This document shows, piece after piece, positions 1-9,678 of a stretch of DNA of 64,000 bases. This DNA is from Elusimicrobiota bacterium (GTDB lineage Bacteria > Elusimicrobiota > Endomicrobiia > Endomicrobiales > JBDRNC01), in contig JBDRNC010000035.1 in the NCBI GenBank assembly GCA_043811535.1, forward strand, positions 32,001-96,000. The letters are read 5' to 3'. The position numbers were made by a program, and so were the translations under genes. The notes beneath the pieces were generated by a model, which did not search any database, was not told where the DNA came from, and saw only the letters and a program-made list of their open reading frames with translations. Each line of letters opens with the position of its first letter. The stretch's first letter is position 1.

Positions 1-2
1 GT

Positions 3-734
3 CTTTTGTTCTCGTTCCTTTTTATTTCTCAATCTTTCTTTTCAAAAGAGGCCTCAACCGCAAAAAAAGCGTTATTCGTTGTTTTGGCTGTTATACCGCT
101 TGGAGCGATGTTCCTGACGGGTTCGCGGGGTTATTACCTGGCCACGGCCGTTTCCTACTCGTTGTTTGCGCTGTTCTGGGTGATAAGTACAAAAAGATGG
201 AAACTTGTGATAGGTTTCGCGGCCGTCGCCCTGCTCATCTCTGCCGGGCTCTATCAGCTGTTCCCGAATATAAGATACAGACTGCAGAATACAGGGATGC
301 ATGACAGGAGCGTTATCGGCCGCGTCGCGCTTTACAAAGTAGCGGTCAGAGAAATATTGGCAAATCCTGTTTTCGGGGTGGGCCCCGGCCAGGGAACAAG
401 ACAAAAGCAGTATTTCCTTGAACTCACGGAATACGAAAAAATGCTGAGCCGGCACGGACACCTGCATTCTATCTACCTTAACACGGCGGCTGAATTCGGG
501 TTGACAGGTTTCGCGCTGGCCGCGCTTATATTCATAGAGATACTGCGGCGCTTGCGTTCATTCGGGTTTTCGGGCGCCGGTTTTGAAAATGCACTCGCGA
601 TAGGCTTATTCTGGGGGATAATCGGCATATTGATAGGAGATGTTTTTGACACTCTTTTAAGAGGACCGGGCACCGCCATGGAATTGTTCTGGCTCTCGGG
701 GCTCGTCTTCGGGCTGGCGGGGAAACATAAGTGA
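3..734 (+). CDS. O-antigen ligase (WaaL/Wzy_C)-like membrane protein, 5'-truncated by window edge
   Basis: Multi-TM; LTGSRG, NPVFGVGPG and HLHSIYL..AAEFG motifs typical of Wzy_C; frame open to window start; heads an LPS cluster. Confidence 0.8.
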   Translation, partial: LLFSFLFISQSFFSKEASTAKKALFVVLAVIPLGAMFLTGSRGYYLATAVSYSLFALFWVISTKRWKLVIGFAAVALLISAGLYQLFPNIRYRLQNTGMHDRSVIGRVALYKVAVREILANPVFGVGPGQGTRQKQYFLELTEYEKMLSRHGHLHSIYLNTAAEFGLTGFALAALIFIEILRRLRSFGFSGAGFENALAIGLFWGIIGILIGDVFDTLLRGPGTAMELFWLSGLVFGLAGKHK

Positions 735-1603
735 AGATTAGCGGCGCGACATTTATCAGGAACGGCATCAAGTACAAGTTTCCTTTCACGGAGTCGATAA
801 GATCCGTGCTTCCTTTGTGCGATGAGATGATAGTGGCAGTCGGGAATTCGGAAGACGGCACGAGAAAAAAGATTGAGGAAATAAACGATCCCAGGATAAG
901 GATAATCGATACTGTATGGGACGATAAGAATAGGCGCGGCGGTCAGATACTTTCGGAACAGGCGAATATAGCGCTTTCGGAATGCAGGGGCGACTGGATA
1001 TTCTACATTCAAGCCGACGAAGTCGCGCATGAAGACGACCTGCCGGTGATAAGACAATCGCTGGCCAGGCATTACGGCGACGCTGCCGTAGAAGCGCTCG
1101 CATTCAAATACGTCCATTTCTATGGAAGTTACTTCACGGTGCAGAAAGGCAGGCACTGGTATCCGGAGGAAGTAAGGATAATAAAGAATAATATAGGAAT
1201 AAAGTCTTTCGGCGACGCGCAGGGGTTCAGAAGAAACGTTGATAAAGTGAAAGCCGCGAGAATAAGCGCGAAGATTTATCATTACGGGTGGGCAAGGCCT
1301 CCGGAAGCCATGGTGGAAAAGATAAAGTCGTTCCATAAACTATGGCACGACGACAGCTGGATAGAAAAAAACTGCCCGGGATCGGACCTGGCGTCATTTT
1401 TTTCCGACGTGGGGAATCTCGCGGGGTTTGAGGGGTCGCACCCGGCGGTCATGAAAAACATAGCGGAAATGGAATCCGCCTTGTTCATCAACGCGCGCAG
1501 GGCTGAATACTTTAAGAAAAGGACGGTTATCCAGGCGCTTAGGGACTTTGCCAGAAACATTCCCGTAGGCGTGCACAGGAATTTCCGGTTGATAAGGGGT
1601 TGA
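731..1603 (+). CDS. Glycosyltransferase family 2
   Basis: GT-A features (WIFYIQADE, IYHYGW); GTGA overlap with the upstream stop. Confidence 0.85.
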   Translation: MKISGATFIRNGIKYKFPFTESIRSVLPLCDEMIVAVGNSEDGTRKKIEEINDPRIRIIDTVWDDKNRRGGQILSEQANIALSECRGDWIFYIQADEVAHEDDLPVIRQSLARHYGDAAVEALAFKYVHFYGSYFTVQKGRHWYPEEVRIIKNNIGIKSFGDAQGFRRNVDKVKAARISAKIYHYGWARPPEAMVEKIKSFHKLWHDDSWIEKNCPGSDLASFFSDVGNLAGFEGSHPAVMKNIAEMESALFINARRAEYFKKRTVIQALRDFARNIPVGVHRNFRLIRG

Positions 1604-1649
1604 AGCACTGCGAATAATGTCCGCAGAATTTCGTGAAGGTGGATTAGCA

Positions 1650-2366
1650 ATGGTAAAATTCATAAGATACAGGAAGATTTTTAAGTTATACGAAGCGCTT
1701 CAGCCGTATTTGAAGTATTCATTGAAGCTGGAAAAAAAGCTCCCCGCCAGAAAGGCTCTGGTCATCGCGCCTCACCAGGACGACGAGGCAATAGGTTGCG
1801 GCGGAACCATCCATCTGCACGTAAAACAAGGGGGCACGGCTAGCGTAATATACTGCACCGGAGGCGGCGACACCAGGAAGAAAGAAGCTATTGCGGCGGC
1901 GGATGTCCTGGGCCTGAGCGATCCGGTTTTTATGGATTACCGGGACGAATCGCTCTCGGCTCGGAAAGATTTTGCGCGCGAACTGGCGGAACTTCTGCGT
2001 GAAAAGAAACCGGAAATAGTTTTCGCGCCGTTCCATCTGGACAACCACACTGACCACAGGGCCGTAAATGAGGCGCTGATAAAGGCCGGAAAAAACAAGA
2101 ATCTTGATTTTCTGGTTTACGCGTATCCTGTCTGGTTCCCGCTGTATCCGAACCTGCTGATAGATATAAGCGGCGAATGGGACTCCAAGAAAAGGGCTAT
2201 AAACTGCTACAGGTCGCAGACAGAGACAAGGGATTACGTGAGAATGAGCCATTCGCTTGGCCAGTACTGGGCGGCGGTAAAGGGAAGGGATATCCAGGTG
2301 GCGGAATCTTTTTTCAGGGCAAGCCTGAAGGAATACGCGAAATTAGGCGAAAAAATACTAGGTTAA
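1650..2366 (+). CDS. PIG-L/LmbE family de-N-acetylase
   Basis: APHQDDE..GCGGT and HTDH metal-binding motifs; start placed at ATG 1650 after AGGTGG (ORF track starts 1617). Confidence 0.85.
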   Translation: MVKFIRYRKIFKLYEALQPYLKYSLKLEKKLPARKALVIAPHQDDEAIGCGGTIHLHVKQGGTASVIYCTGGGDTRKKEAIAAADVLGLSDPVFMDYRDESLSARKDFARELAELLREKKPEIVFAPFHLDNHTDHRAVNEALIKAGKNKNLDFLVYAYPVWFPLYPNLLIDISGEWDSKKRAINCYRSQTETRDYVRMSHSLGQYWAAVKGRDIQVAESFFRASLKEYAKLGEKILG

Positions 2367-2369
2367 ACT

Positions 2370-3482
2370 ATGGCTCCGAAAAAAAAAATACTGCATGTGT
2401 ACTCGTCAATGACCGCCGGCGGCGCGGAAAAGATGATGATAGAACTGGCCGCGGGCCTTAACGGGGCCGGGCTTGAAAATATAATAGCGGGTCCAAAAAA
2501 CAGCTATATCGTAAGGAAAGCCGCGGAAAAAGGGCTGAAAAGCTACGCGCTGAGAATAAACGGTTCTTTCGACCCTTTGGGCATAATCGGCCTCCGGTCA
2601 ATTGTCAGGAAGGAGAAAGTAGATATAATCCACGCGCACCAGGGGAAGGTCTTCTGGCCGTGCGTGTTCATGAAAATTTTCGTTAATCCGGGCCTTAAAC
2701 TTGTTTTTCACCGGCACGCCCAGCTTCCCCACAGTTTTTACAGCAGGGGCCATTATAATTTCGCGGACAAAGTGATAGCCATTTCGCAGGCCGTGGCAAA
2801 GGGCCTTATCGAACGCGAAAAAGTTCCGCAGAGCAAAGTTGTGGTAGTGTATAACGGCATAGACCTTAACAGGTTCAATGTCAGAGTAAGCGGGGAAAAA
2901 ATCAGAAAGGAGTACGGGCTGGGAAACCGCGTGGTGATCGGCACCGCGGCCGCCATGAACAGGCCGAAAGGCAAAGGACAGAAACACCTGATAGAAGCCG
3001 CGAAAAACCTGAAGGTCAGGTATCCTGATCTACGCTACATCATAGCGGGTTCCGGCGAAATAAAAGGCGAACTTGAAGACGCGGCCGGGACGCTGGGCGT
3101 GTCCGATATAGTGATCTTTTCCGGATACAGGGAAAACATCGAGGAGTACATCGCGGCGATGGATATATTCTGCCTGCTTTCCTGGGACACTGAGGGGCTC
3201 GGGCAGGTGATGATGGAAGCGCAGGCAATGGGCAAGGCTGTTATCGGCACAAAGATAGGCGGTGTTCCGGAAACTTTCATCAACGGAAGAACCGGCATAC
3301 TGATACCTCCGGAAAATACGGATGAACTCTCAAAGGCTATAGAATATCTTACCGCGGACAGGGGCAGACTGGCCGGTTTCGGAAAAGAAGCGTCCGAGTA
3401 CGCGTCGCGGAATTTCGGAATAAATAAAATGGTGGACAGTATGGCCGGCATATACGAAAGCATGTGGAGGTCAGATGGATAG
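2370..3482 (+). CDS. Glycosyltransferase family 4 (GT-B)
   Basis: GGAEK N-terminus, VYNGID, EGLGQVMMEAQAMG (EX7E) motif. Confidence 0.9.
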   Translation: MAPKKKILHVYSSMTAGGAEKMMIELAAGLNGAGLENIIAGPKNSYIVRKAAEKGLKSYALRINGSFDPLGIIGLRSIVRKEKVDIIHAHQGKVFWPCVFMKIFVNPGLKLVFHRHAQLPHSFYSRGHYNFADKVIAISQAVAKGLIEREKVPQSKVVVVYNGIDLNRFNVRVSGEKIRKEYGLGNRVVIGTAAAMNRPKGKGQKHLIEAAKNLKVRYPDLRYIIAGSGEIKGELEDAAGTLGVSDIVIFSGYRENIEEYIAAMDIFCLLSWDTEGLGQVMMEAQAMGKAVIGTKIGGVPETFINGRTGILIPPENTDELSKAIEYLTADRGRLAGFGKEASEYASRNFGINKMVDSMAGIYESMWRSDG

Positions 3483-4233
3483 GATAAAACTGTCCGCATA
3501 CGTCATTGCGTACAACGAAGAAGAGAAGATCCGCGAATGCCTTGAAAGCGTGAAGTGGGCGGACGAAATCATATTCATGGATTCATTCAGCACGGACAGG
3601 ACCGCGGAGATAGCGAAAGAGTACACGGATAAGGTATACCAGCATAAATTTGACGGATTCGGCAGGCTCAGAAACGAAGCGCTCGAGCGATGCTCTAATG
3701 ACTGGGTGCTGAGCGTTGACGCGGACGAGCGCGTTACCCCGGAGTTGAAGAGCGAGATTTTGTCGCTGCTTGAAAAAGGGCCGAACGCGGACGCCTACCT
3801 GGTGCCCAGGAAAAGCCATTTCCTCGGGCGCTGGATAAGACACTGCGGGTGGTATCCGGATTTCAGGCAGCCCCAGTTCTTTAACAGGCGGAAGATGAAA
3901 TACACCAGCCAGATGGTCCACGAAACTTACGAGCTTGACGGCAGGCTTTCCCGGGTTAAAGAACACGTGCTTCAGTACCCGTTCCTGACGCTTGACCAGT
4001 TCTTTAAAAAAATGGACAGGTACTCGACTCTGCGCTCTTCTGAAATGAAGAAAGAAGGCAGGAAATTCAGCGTTTTGAGCCTGATACTCAACCCGCCGGC
4101 GATGTTCGCCCGGATGTACATAACGAAACTTGGGTTTCTCGACGGAGCGGCGGGTCTTGTGCTTTCGATGCTCTACGCGTATTATACCGCCGTAAAATAC
4201 ATAAAGCTGTGGGAACAAAACGTTAAATCATGA
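3475..4233 (+). CDS. GT2, WaaE/KdtX-like LPS core glycosyltransferase
   Basis: YNEE..IRECLES, DSFSTD, VDADER, GWYPD motifs. Confidence 0.85.
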   Translation: MDRIKLSAYVIAYNEEEKIRECLESVKWADEIIFMDSFSTDRTAEIAKEYTDKVYQHKFDGFGRLRNEALERCSNDWVLSVDADERVTPELKSEILSLLEKGPNADAYLVPRKSHFLGRWIRHCGWYPDFRQPQFFNRRKMKYTSQMVHETYELDGRLSRVKEHVLQYPFLTLDQFFKKMDRYSTLRSSEMKKEGRKFSVLSLILNPPAMFARMYITKLGFLDGAAGLVLSMLYAYYTAVKYIKLWEQNVKS

Positions 4234-5258
4234 GCAAGGTCCTTCTTCCCCTGTCGTATATCTATAAACTTATTTCCGCGATCCACAGAAAGACCGCGAC
4301 GCCGGTAAGACTGCCGCGTCCGGTTGTAAGCGTAGGCAATATCACGTGGGGCGGGACAGGGAAAACACCCGTGCTCATCGCGATAGCGTCCAGGCTTGAA
4401 TCCGCGGGGCTGAAGACTGCCGTGCTGACAAGGGGCTACGCGAGAAAATCAGCATCAAATAAATCCGTTATAGTAAGTGACGGAAATGAAATACTGTCAT
4501 CTCCCGCTGAAGCCGGGGACGAGCCGTTTTTGCTGGCCGAAAAGCTGAGGAAAACCGCTGTTGTATCCGGCCCCGACAGGGCGGCGTCAGCCGCGCTGAT
4601 AACAAAGATATTTTCTCCGGATGTTTTCATGCTTGACGACGGTTTCCAGCACTGGAAAATAAAAAGAGATATGGATATTGTCTGCGTAAACGCCTCGAAT
4701 CCTTTCGGCAACGGATTGCTGATACCGGCCGGAATACTGAGAGAGGAAGTATCTTCGCTTTCCAGGGCGGATGAGATAATCATTACGAACGCTGACACGG
4801 TCGGAACGGGCGAACTGTCCGCTCTTGAAGAGAGGATAAGGGGCGTTTCAGGGAAAACACCGTCAAAAATTAAGTACAAGATATCTTTCTTTACGAACCT
4901 TATGCGAAACGAGGTTACGGGGCCGGAACATTTCAAAGGAAAAGAAATAGCTGCGCTTTCCGGGATAGGAGAGAACTCGGGATTTAAACGCGTTCTTGAA
5001 AATCTCGGCATTATGGTAAGCACGCATTATTGTTTCGGCGATCACCACTGGTACGCATATGACGATCTTAAAAAAGCGCTTTCAGGCGGACTGAATGTGC
5101 TTGTTACGGAAAAAGACGCGGTCAAGATAAGGCCCCTGCTCAGACTGCTGAAGGCCGAAGAGGCGGACAGGGTATATTCTGCCGCAGTTGAAACTGAATT
5201 TATCGGAGGAGAAAGAGATTGGCAAAGCTTCGCGGAAAAAATAAAGCGGTTTTCATAG
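4230..5258 (+). CDS. lpxK: Tetraacyldisaccharide 4'-kinase
   Basis: VGNITWGGTGKTP, DDGFQH, PAGILRE, DHH, TEKDAVK. Confidence 0.95.
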   Translation: MSKVLLPLSYIYKLISAIHRKTATPVRLPRPVVSVGNITWGGTGKTPVLIAIASRLESAGLKTAVLTRGYARKSASNKSVIVSDGNEILSSPAEAGDEPFLLAEKLRKTAVVSGPDRAASAALITKIFSPDVFMLDDGFQHWKIKRDMDIVCVNASNPFGNGLLIPAGILREEVSSLSRADEIIITNADTVGTGELSALEERIRGVSGKTPSKIKYKISFFTNLMRNEVTGPEHFKGKEIAALSGIGENSGFKRVLENLGIMVSTHYCFGDHHWYAYDDLKKALSGGLNVLVTEKDAVKIRPLLRLLKAEEADRVYSAAVETEFIGGERDWQSFAEKIKRFS

Positions 5259-5782
5259 ACCGGGACGGAACGGTAATACACGAGAGGAATTACCTCAGCA
5301 AACTGAAGGATATTAAGATATTCTCGGGAGCCGTGAAAGGCCTGAAACTGCTGAGGGAATCTGGGTTTAAAACGATCCTCGTGACGAACCAGTCGGCAAT
5401 CGCGCGGGGATACCTGACAGAAAAAAAACTCAGGAAGATACACGCGCGCCTTCAGGAACTTCTAAAAAGAAAGGGGGTGGCGTTTGACGGAATATATTAC
5501 TGCAGACATCTTCCCGGGGACGGTTGCCTGTGCAGGAAACCAGGGACGGGCATGGTGAAAGCGGCAGCCAGAAGGTTTAAAATTGACCTGAAAAAGTCAT
5601 TTACAATCGGCGACCACGTTAACGACTTTCTTCTCGGAAAAAACATGGGCGGAAAGGCCGTCTTCCTGCTGACCGGGCACGGCAGGGAGGAGTTCGGAAA
5701 GATAAAAAAGACAGGAAAAAGGCCCGACAGTATAGAACCGAACTTTTTGAAGGGCGTCAAGTGGATATTGGGGCAAGAATGA
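5219..5782 (+). CDS. gmhB: D-glycero-D-manno-heptose 1,7-bisphosphate phosphatase (HAD IIIA)
   Basis: FIDRDGT, VTNQS, CRH...CLCRKP, IGD; LPS context; overlaps lpxK end. Confidence 0.88.
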   Translation: MAKLRGKNKAVFIDRDGTVIHERNYLSKLKDIKIFSGAVKGLKLLRESGFKTILVTNQSAIARGYLTEKKLRKIHARLQELLKRKGVAFDGIYYCRHLPGDGCLCRKPGTGMVKAAARRFKIDLKKSFTIGDHVNDFLLGKNMGGKAVFLLTGHGREEFGKIKKTGKRPDSIEPNFLKGVKWILGQE

Positions 5783-6891
5783 AAAGAACAATGCTTTTCG
5801 TAACGCTATTTCTCGCATACTCGGCGCTTTTTGCGCAGAATGAGCCGTGTGCAAGGACTCATAAGGTTGAGTGGGGCGATACACTGGCCAAAATAGCGGT
5901 AAAATATTACGGAGACGGGAAACAGTACGTTTTTCTTGCGGAAGCAAACGGCATAAAGAACCCACACGCGATAATTTGCGGGCAGGTCGTTAACATACCG
6001 CCTTTGAACGGCAAAAGCGTTCAAGCAGTTCAAAAGGTTCAAGAGGTTCAACAAGAAAAGACCGTTCAAACCGTTCCAACAGTTCCAATCGTTCAAGAAC
6101 AACAGCCGGTTCAGGAAGTTCAAAAAGCCATAGAGGCGGAAAAACCTGCTGAAACCGTTCAAGCGGCGCCCGAAGCCGAAATACCGCCTTCTCCTCCAGC
6201 GTTTGTCTGGAGAAAGGAAACGAATGATGTATGGTCGCCCGGCGAAAAGCTTTCATACAGCGTGAAATGGCAATTTATCACAGTGGGATACGCGGTAATG
6301 GAGATACGCGGTCCGGAAGATATCGGCGGCCGGCAGGCTTATCACATATTCACGGAAGCGAGATCTGCGCCGTTTTTTGATAATTTCTATAAGGTCAGGA
6401 ACACGAACGAGTCCTGGATGGATGTTGAAAGTCTGTGTTCACTTAAATTTGCTACCAGCATAAACGAGGGAAAGGCTTTTAAGACCGAGACATTGCTGAT
6501 GGACCAGGAAAACTGCAGGTTCACGCTGGTTGAGTCGAATAAAACCGGGCAGATATTGCCGTGGGTCCAGGATATCCTGTCGTCGCTGTATTATCTCAGG
6601 ACAAAGGAGCTTATCGTAGGGCAGGTTTATTCCATAGACACTCACTCGGGAGACCTTTCATGGCCGCTTGCTATCAAGGTGATAAAGCAGGAAAAGGTCC
6701 GCGTTCCTTCGGGTGAATACGAATGCCTGCTGCTTGAGCCAGCCGTTCGAGAAGGCGCTGGGTTGTTCCAGTCACAAGGCAGGCTTTGGGTATGGGTGAC
6801 GAAGGATTCTAAAAGAGTGCCGGTCAAGATGAGTTCAAAGATAGCGATAGGCTCGGTTGAAGTTGTATTAAAGGAAATGAAGTTACCCTAA
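5779..6891 (+). CDS. Secreted LysM + low-complexity linker + DUF3108-like protein
   Basis: Signal peptide; LysM (HKVEWGDTLAKIAVKYYG...NPHAIICGQVVNIP); DUF3108-like C-terminus (GEKLSYSVKW...DILSSLYYLR...VRVPSGEYEC...WVTKDSKRVPVK); ATGA overlap with gmhB stop. Confidence 0.75.
   Translation: MKRTMLFVTLFLAYSALFAQNEPCARTHKVEWGDTLAKIAVKYYGDGKQYVFLAEANGIKNPHAIICGQVVNIPPLNGKSVQAVQKVQEVQQEKTVQTVPTVPIVQEQQPVQEVQKAIEAEKPAETVQAAPEAEIPPSPPAFVWRKETNDVWSPGEKLSYSVKWQFITVGYAVMEIRGPEDIGGRQAYHIFTEARSAPFFDNFYKVRNTNESWMDVESLCSLKFATSINEGKAFKTETLLMDQENCRFTLVESNKTGQILPWVQDILSSLYYLRTKELIVGQVYSIDTHSGDLSWPLAIKVIKQEKVRVPSGEYECLLLEPAVREGAGLFQSQGRLWVWVTKDSKRVPVKMSSKIAIGSVEVVLKEMKLP
6019..6123 (+). repeat. In-frame 9-bp-period repeat GTTC(A/C)(A/G)nnn
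   Basis: GTTCAA/GTTCCA/GTTCAG at 6019, 6028, 6037, 6046, 6064, 6073, 6082, 6091, 6109 and 6118, all in one 9-bp register. Confidence 0.85.
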
Positions 6892-6921
6892 AACCGGAAA
6901 TTCTATATTCAAAATTGTAAT

Positions 6922-6985
6922 AAATGGTTAGATGGCTATACGGTTCAATTGCTGATGTCTTTAGCCATTAAGCCATTTGTCCATT
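6922..6985. repeat. Intergenic 8-bp-period array with inverted arms
   Basis: AAATGGTT AGATGGCT ATACGGTT CAATTGCT ... TAGCCATT AAGCCATT TGTCCATT. Confidence 0.65.
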
Positions 6986-7007
6986 CCCGTATTCATTGGA
7001 GGTTTTT

Positions 7008-7949
7008 GTGAAAATCAACAAGATTGACTTGTCTAAAATTAAAACGGTCTCTTTAATCAACCGCCCCAGTAAAGTTAAAAAGACGGATTTCGGTTCTTTG
7101 TTAAAAAAACCCGTAAAATTCAGAGCGTTTATCAACTCAATACCGTCAATTTTGGCTGGAAATAATCTGAAAAATTTGATAAAAGATATATTGAGGGCAA
7201 AGTACAGGGGTAAGCCCGTTATTTTTGCTTTTGGGGCGCATGTCATTAAATGCGGGTTGAGCCCGCTGGTGATAGATCTGTGTGATAGAGGCCTGATTAC
7301 GGCGCTTGCAACTAACGGGGCGTCAACGGTGCACGATTTCGAGCTGTCGCTGTCGGGCAAGACCTCCGAAGACGTTTCGGAGCGGCTCAAGAACGGTTCT
7401 TTCGGCATGACGAAGGAAACCGGAGAATTCCTCAACAACGCCGCGAAACACGCGGCAAGGGAAGACAAAGGCCTCGGAGAGGTTATCGGCAAGGAAATCG
7501 CGAAAGGCAGGTTCAAATTTAAGAACCTTAGCATTTTTTCAAACGCGTTCGTCAGTCAGGTTCCGGTCACCGTTCATTCGGCCATAGGAACGGACATAGT
7601 CTATCAGCACCCGCAATGCGACGGGGCCGCGTGGGGAAAGGCGAGCTACAACGATTTTTTGAAGTTCGCCGGGCTGGTGTCGAATCTGGGTTCCGGAGGC
7701 GTGCTGTTGAATTTCGGAAGCGCGGTGATACTACCGGAAGTGTTTTTGAAAGCCCTTACGATATGCAGGAACCTGGGCTACAAGACGCACGGATTTACCA
7801 CCGCTAATTTTGACATGATACATCAATACAGGCCGATGCAGAATATAGTTACGCGTCCCACTCAGACAGGCGGGCGCGGATATTATTTCATAGGCCACCA
7901 TGAAATCATGCTGCCGCTGCTCTACGCGGCATTAATAGATGGAGAATAA
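7008..7949 (+). CDS. Conserved hypothetical protein, deoxyhypusine-synthase-like fold
   Basis: GAHVIKCGL, LATNGA..HDFE, VTVHSAIGTDI, GSAVILPEVFLKAL, GHHEIMLPLL; GTG start 7008 after GGAGG. Confidence 0.7.
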   Translation: MKINKIDLSKIKTVSLINRPSKVKKTDFGSLLKKPVKFRAFINSIPSILAGNNLKNLIKDILRAKYRGKPVIFAFGAHVIKCGLSPLVIDLCDRGLITALATNGASTVHDFELSLSGKTSEDVSERLKNGSFGMTKETGEFLNNAAKHAAREDKGLGEVIGKEIAKGRFKFKNLSIFSNAFVSQVPVTVHSAIGTDIVYQHPQCDGAAWGKASYNDFLKFAGLVSNLGSGGVLLNFGSAVILPEVFLKALTICRNLGYKTHGFTTANFDMIHQYRPMQNIVTRPTQTGGRGYYFIGHHEIMLPLLYAALIDGE

Positions 7950-7954
7950 CAGCC

Positions 7955-8938
7955 ATGAAAAAACTTGTAAAATTCATCCCTGAATTCAAGAAGCACAGGA
8001 TCCTGATAATCGGCGACCTCATGATGGATAAATTCATCTGGGGCAGGGTTTCCAGGATTTCGCAGGAAGCCCCGGTGCCGGTCGTCGAAGTAACCAGAGA
8101 AACGTACGCGCTGGGAGGGGCTGGAAACGTGGCGCGCAACATAACTAGCCTCGGAGGGCGGGCCACTGTTATAGGAGTGATCGGCGAGGATAACGTCTCA
8201 AACAGCATGATAGACGAACTTGAGAGCAAGGATATAGAGACCGGGTGCATAGTGAACGACGCGTCGCGGCCTACGATAACGAAAACGCGCATCATCGCGC
8301 AGCACCAGCAGGTCGTAAGGGTGGACAAGGAGCTTAAGGGAGAGTTCGCGCCGGGGATCGTCGACAAGCTCATTGAGAATATAGACAGGATTTCGTCCAA
8401 AGCAAGCGCGATAATTATTTCCGACTACGGAAAAGGCGTAATAAATAAAAGAGTGCTTGAGCACGCGATAAAGACGGCGCGCAAGCGCCGCATACCCATC
8501 ACGGTTGACCCTAAAATTGAGCATTTCATGAGTTACAGGAATGTAAACTGCATAACTCCAAACATGGCCGAAGCGGTCGCGGGAATGCGTTCCGCCGAGC
8601 CGAAGAACGACGATGACGTGATCGAACTCGGGAGAAAAATTCTGAGGAAACTCAGCTCCGCTTCCGTGCTGATAACGCGCGGTGAAAAAGGCATGACTCT
8701 GTTTGAGCCGAAAAACAAGATAACCCACATACCTACAAGGGCAAAGGAAGTCTTCGACGTGACTGGCGCCGGGGATACCGTGATAGCGACGTTCACTCTA
8801 TCGCTCGCGGCAAAAGCCAGGTTTGTTGAAGCGGCCGAAATATCCAATTTCGCGGCGGGAATCGTAGTGGCTAAGATCGGAACGGCGTCGGTTTCCCCCG
8901 AAGAGCTTGAGAGCGCCATTAAGGAGTTTGCGGAGTAG
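7955..8938 (+). CDS. rfaE1: D-glycero-beta-D-manno-heptose-7-phosphate kinase (stand-alone RfaE domain I / HldA)
   Basis: GDLMMD..IWGRVSRISQEAPVPV, GGAGNVA, SDYGKG, DVTGAGDT (PfkB). Confidence 0.93.
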   Translation: MKKLVKFIPEFKKHRILIIGDLMMDKFIWGRVSRISQEAPVPVVEVTRETYALGGAGNVARNITSLGGRATVIGVIGEDNVSNSMIDELESKDIETGCIVNDASRPTITKTRIIAQHQQVVRVDKELKGEFAPGIVDKLIENIDRISSKASAIIISDYGKGVINKRVLEHAIKTARKRRIPITVDPKIEHFMSYRNVNCITPNMAEAVAGMRSAEPKNDDDVIELGRKILRKLSSASVLITRGEKGMTLFEPKNKITHIPTRAKEVFDVTGAGDTVIATFTLSLAAKARFVEAAEISNFAAGIVVAKIGTASVSPEELESAIKEFAE

Positions 8939-8939
8939 C

Positions 8940-9668
8940 ATGATGAGAATAATCGGCGTCATACCTTCCCGTTACGCGTCAACAAGGTTCCCGGGCAAGC
9001 CGCTCAGGCTTATAAAAGGGAAATCGCTAATACGCCGGGTGTGGGAACAATCAAAGAAAAGCAGGTATCTTGACGACGTGATAGTTGCCACCGACGATAA
9101 GCGGATTGCAGACGAAGTGAGAAGTTTTGGCGGCACGGTGGTAATGACTTCAAGGAACTGCAAGAGCGGAACCGACAGGCTTGCTGAAGTGGCCTGGAAA
9201 TATGAAAGATCTGCCGGCATCATCCTCAATATTCAGGGCGACGAGCCGCTCATCCATCCCGGCTTGATAGACAGAATAGCCCGAGAGCTTGCCCGCGACC
9301 GGAGACTGATGATAGCGACTGCCGTGTTTCCGCTGAAGAGACAAAAAGACATTGACAATCCCAATATAGCAAAGGTCGTTATTGATAAAGACGGGTTCGC
9401 CGTGTATTTTTCAAGGTCGCCCATACCGTTTAACAGGGGCCGGGGCAGCGTGAGATATTTCAAGCATATCGGCATTTACGGGTACAGAAGGGATTTTCTG
9501 CTGAAATACGCGAAGTGGCTCCAGACTCCGCTTGAAAAAGCCGAAAAACTTGAACAGCTGAGGGTCATAGAGAGCGGCGAAAAAATAATGACAGTCATCG
9601 CGGATAAGGATTCTCCCGGAGTTGACGTGCCGGATGACATACGGAAAATTGAAAAGTTGATTAAATAA
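8940..9668 (+). CDS. kdsB: 3-deoxy-manno-octulosonate cytidylyltransferase
   Basis: IPSRYASTRFPGKPL, SGTDR, NIQGDEP, YFSRSPIP, EKLEQLR. Confidence 0.96.
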   Translation: MMRIIGVIPSRYASTRFPGKPLRLIKGKSLIRRVWEQSKKSRYLDDVIVATDDKRIADEVRSFGGTVVMTSRNCKSGTDRLAEVAWKYERSAGIILNIQGDEPLIHPGLIDRIARELARDRRLMIATAVFPLKRQKDIDNPNIAKVVIDKDGFAVYFSRSPIPFNRGRGSVRYFKHIGIYGYRRDFLLKYAKWLQTPLEKAEKLEQLRVIESGEKIMTVIADKDSPGVDVPDDIRKIEKLIK

Positions 9669-9678
9669 TAGCGCGCCG

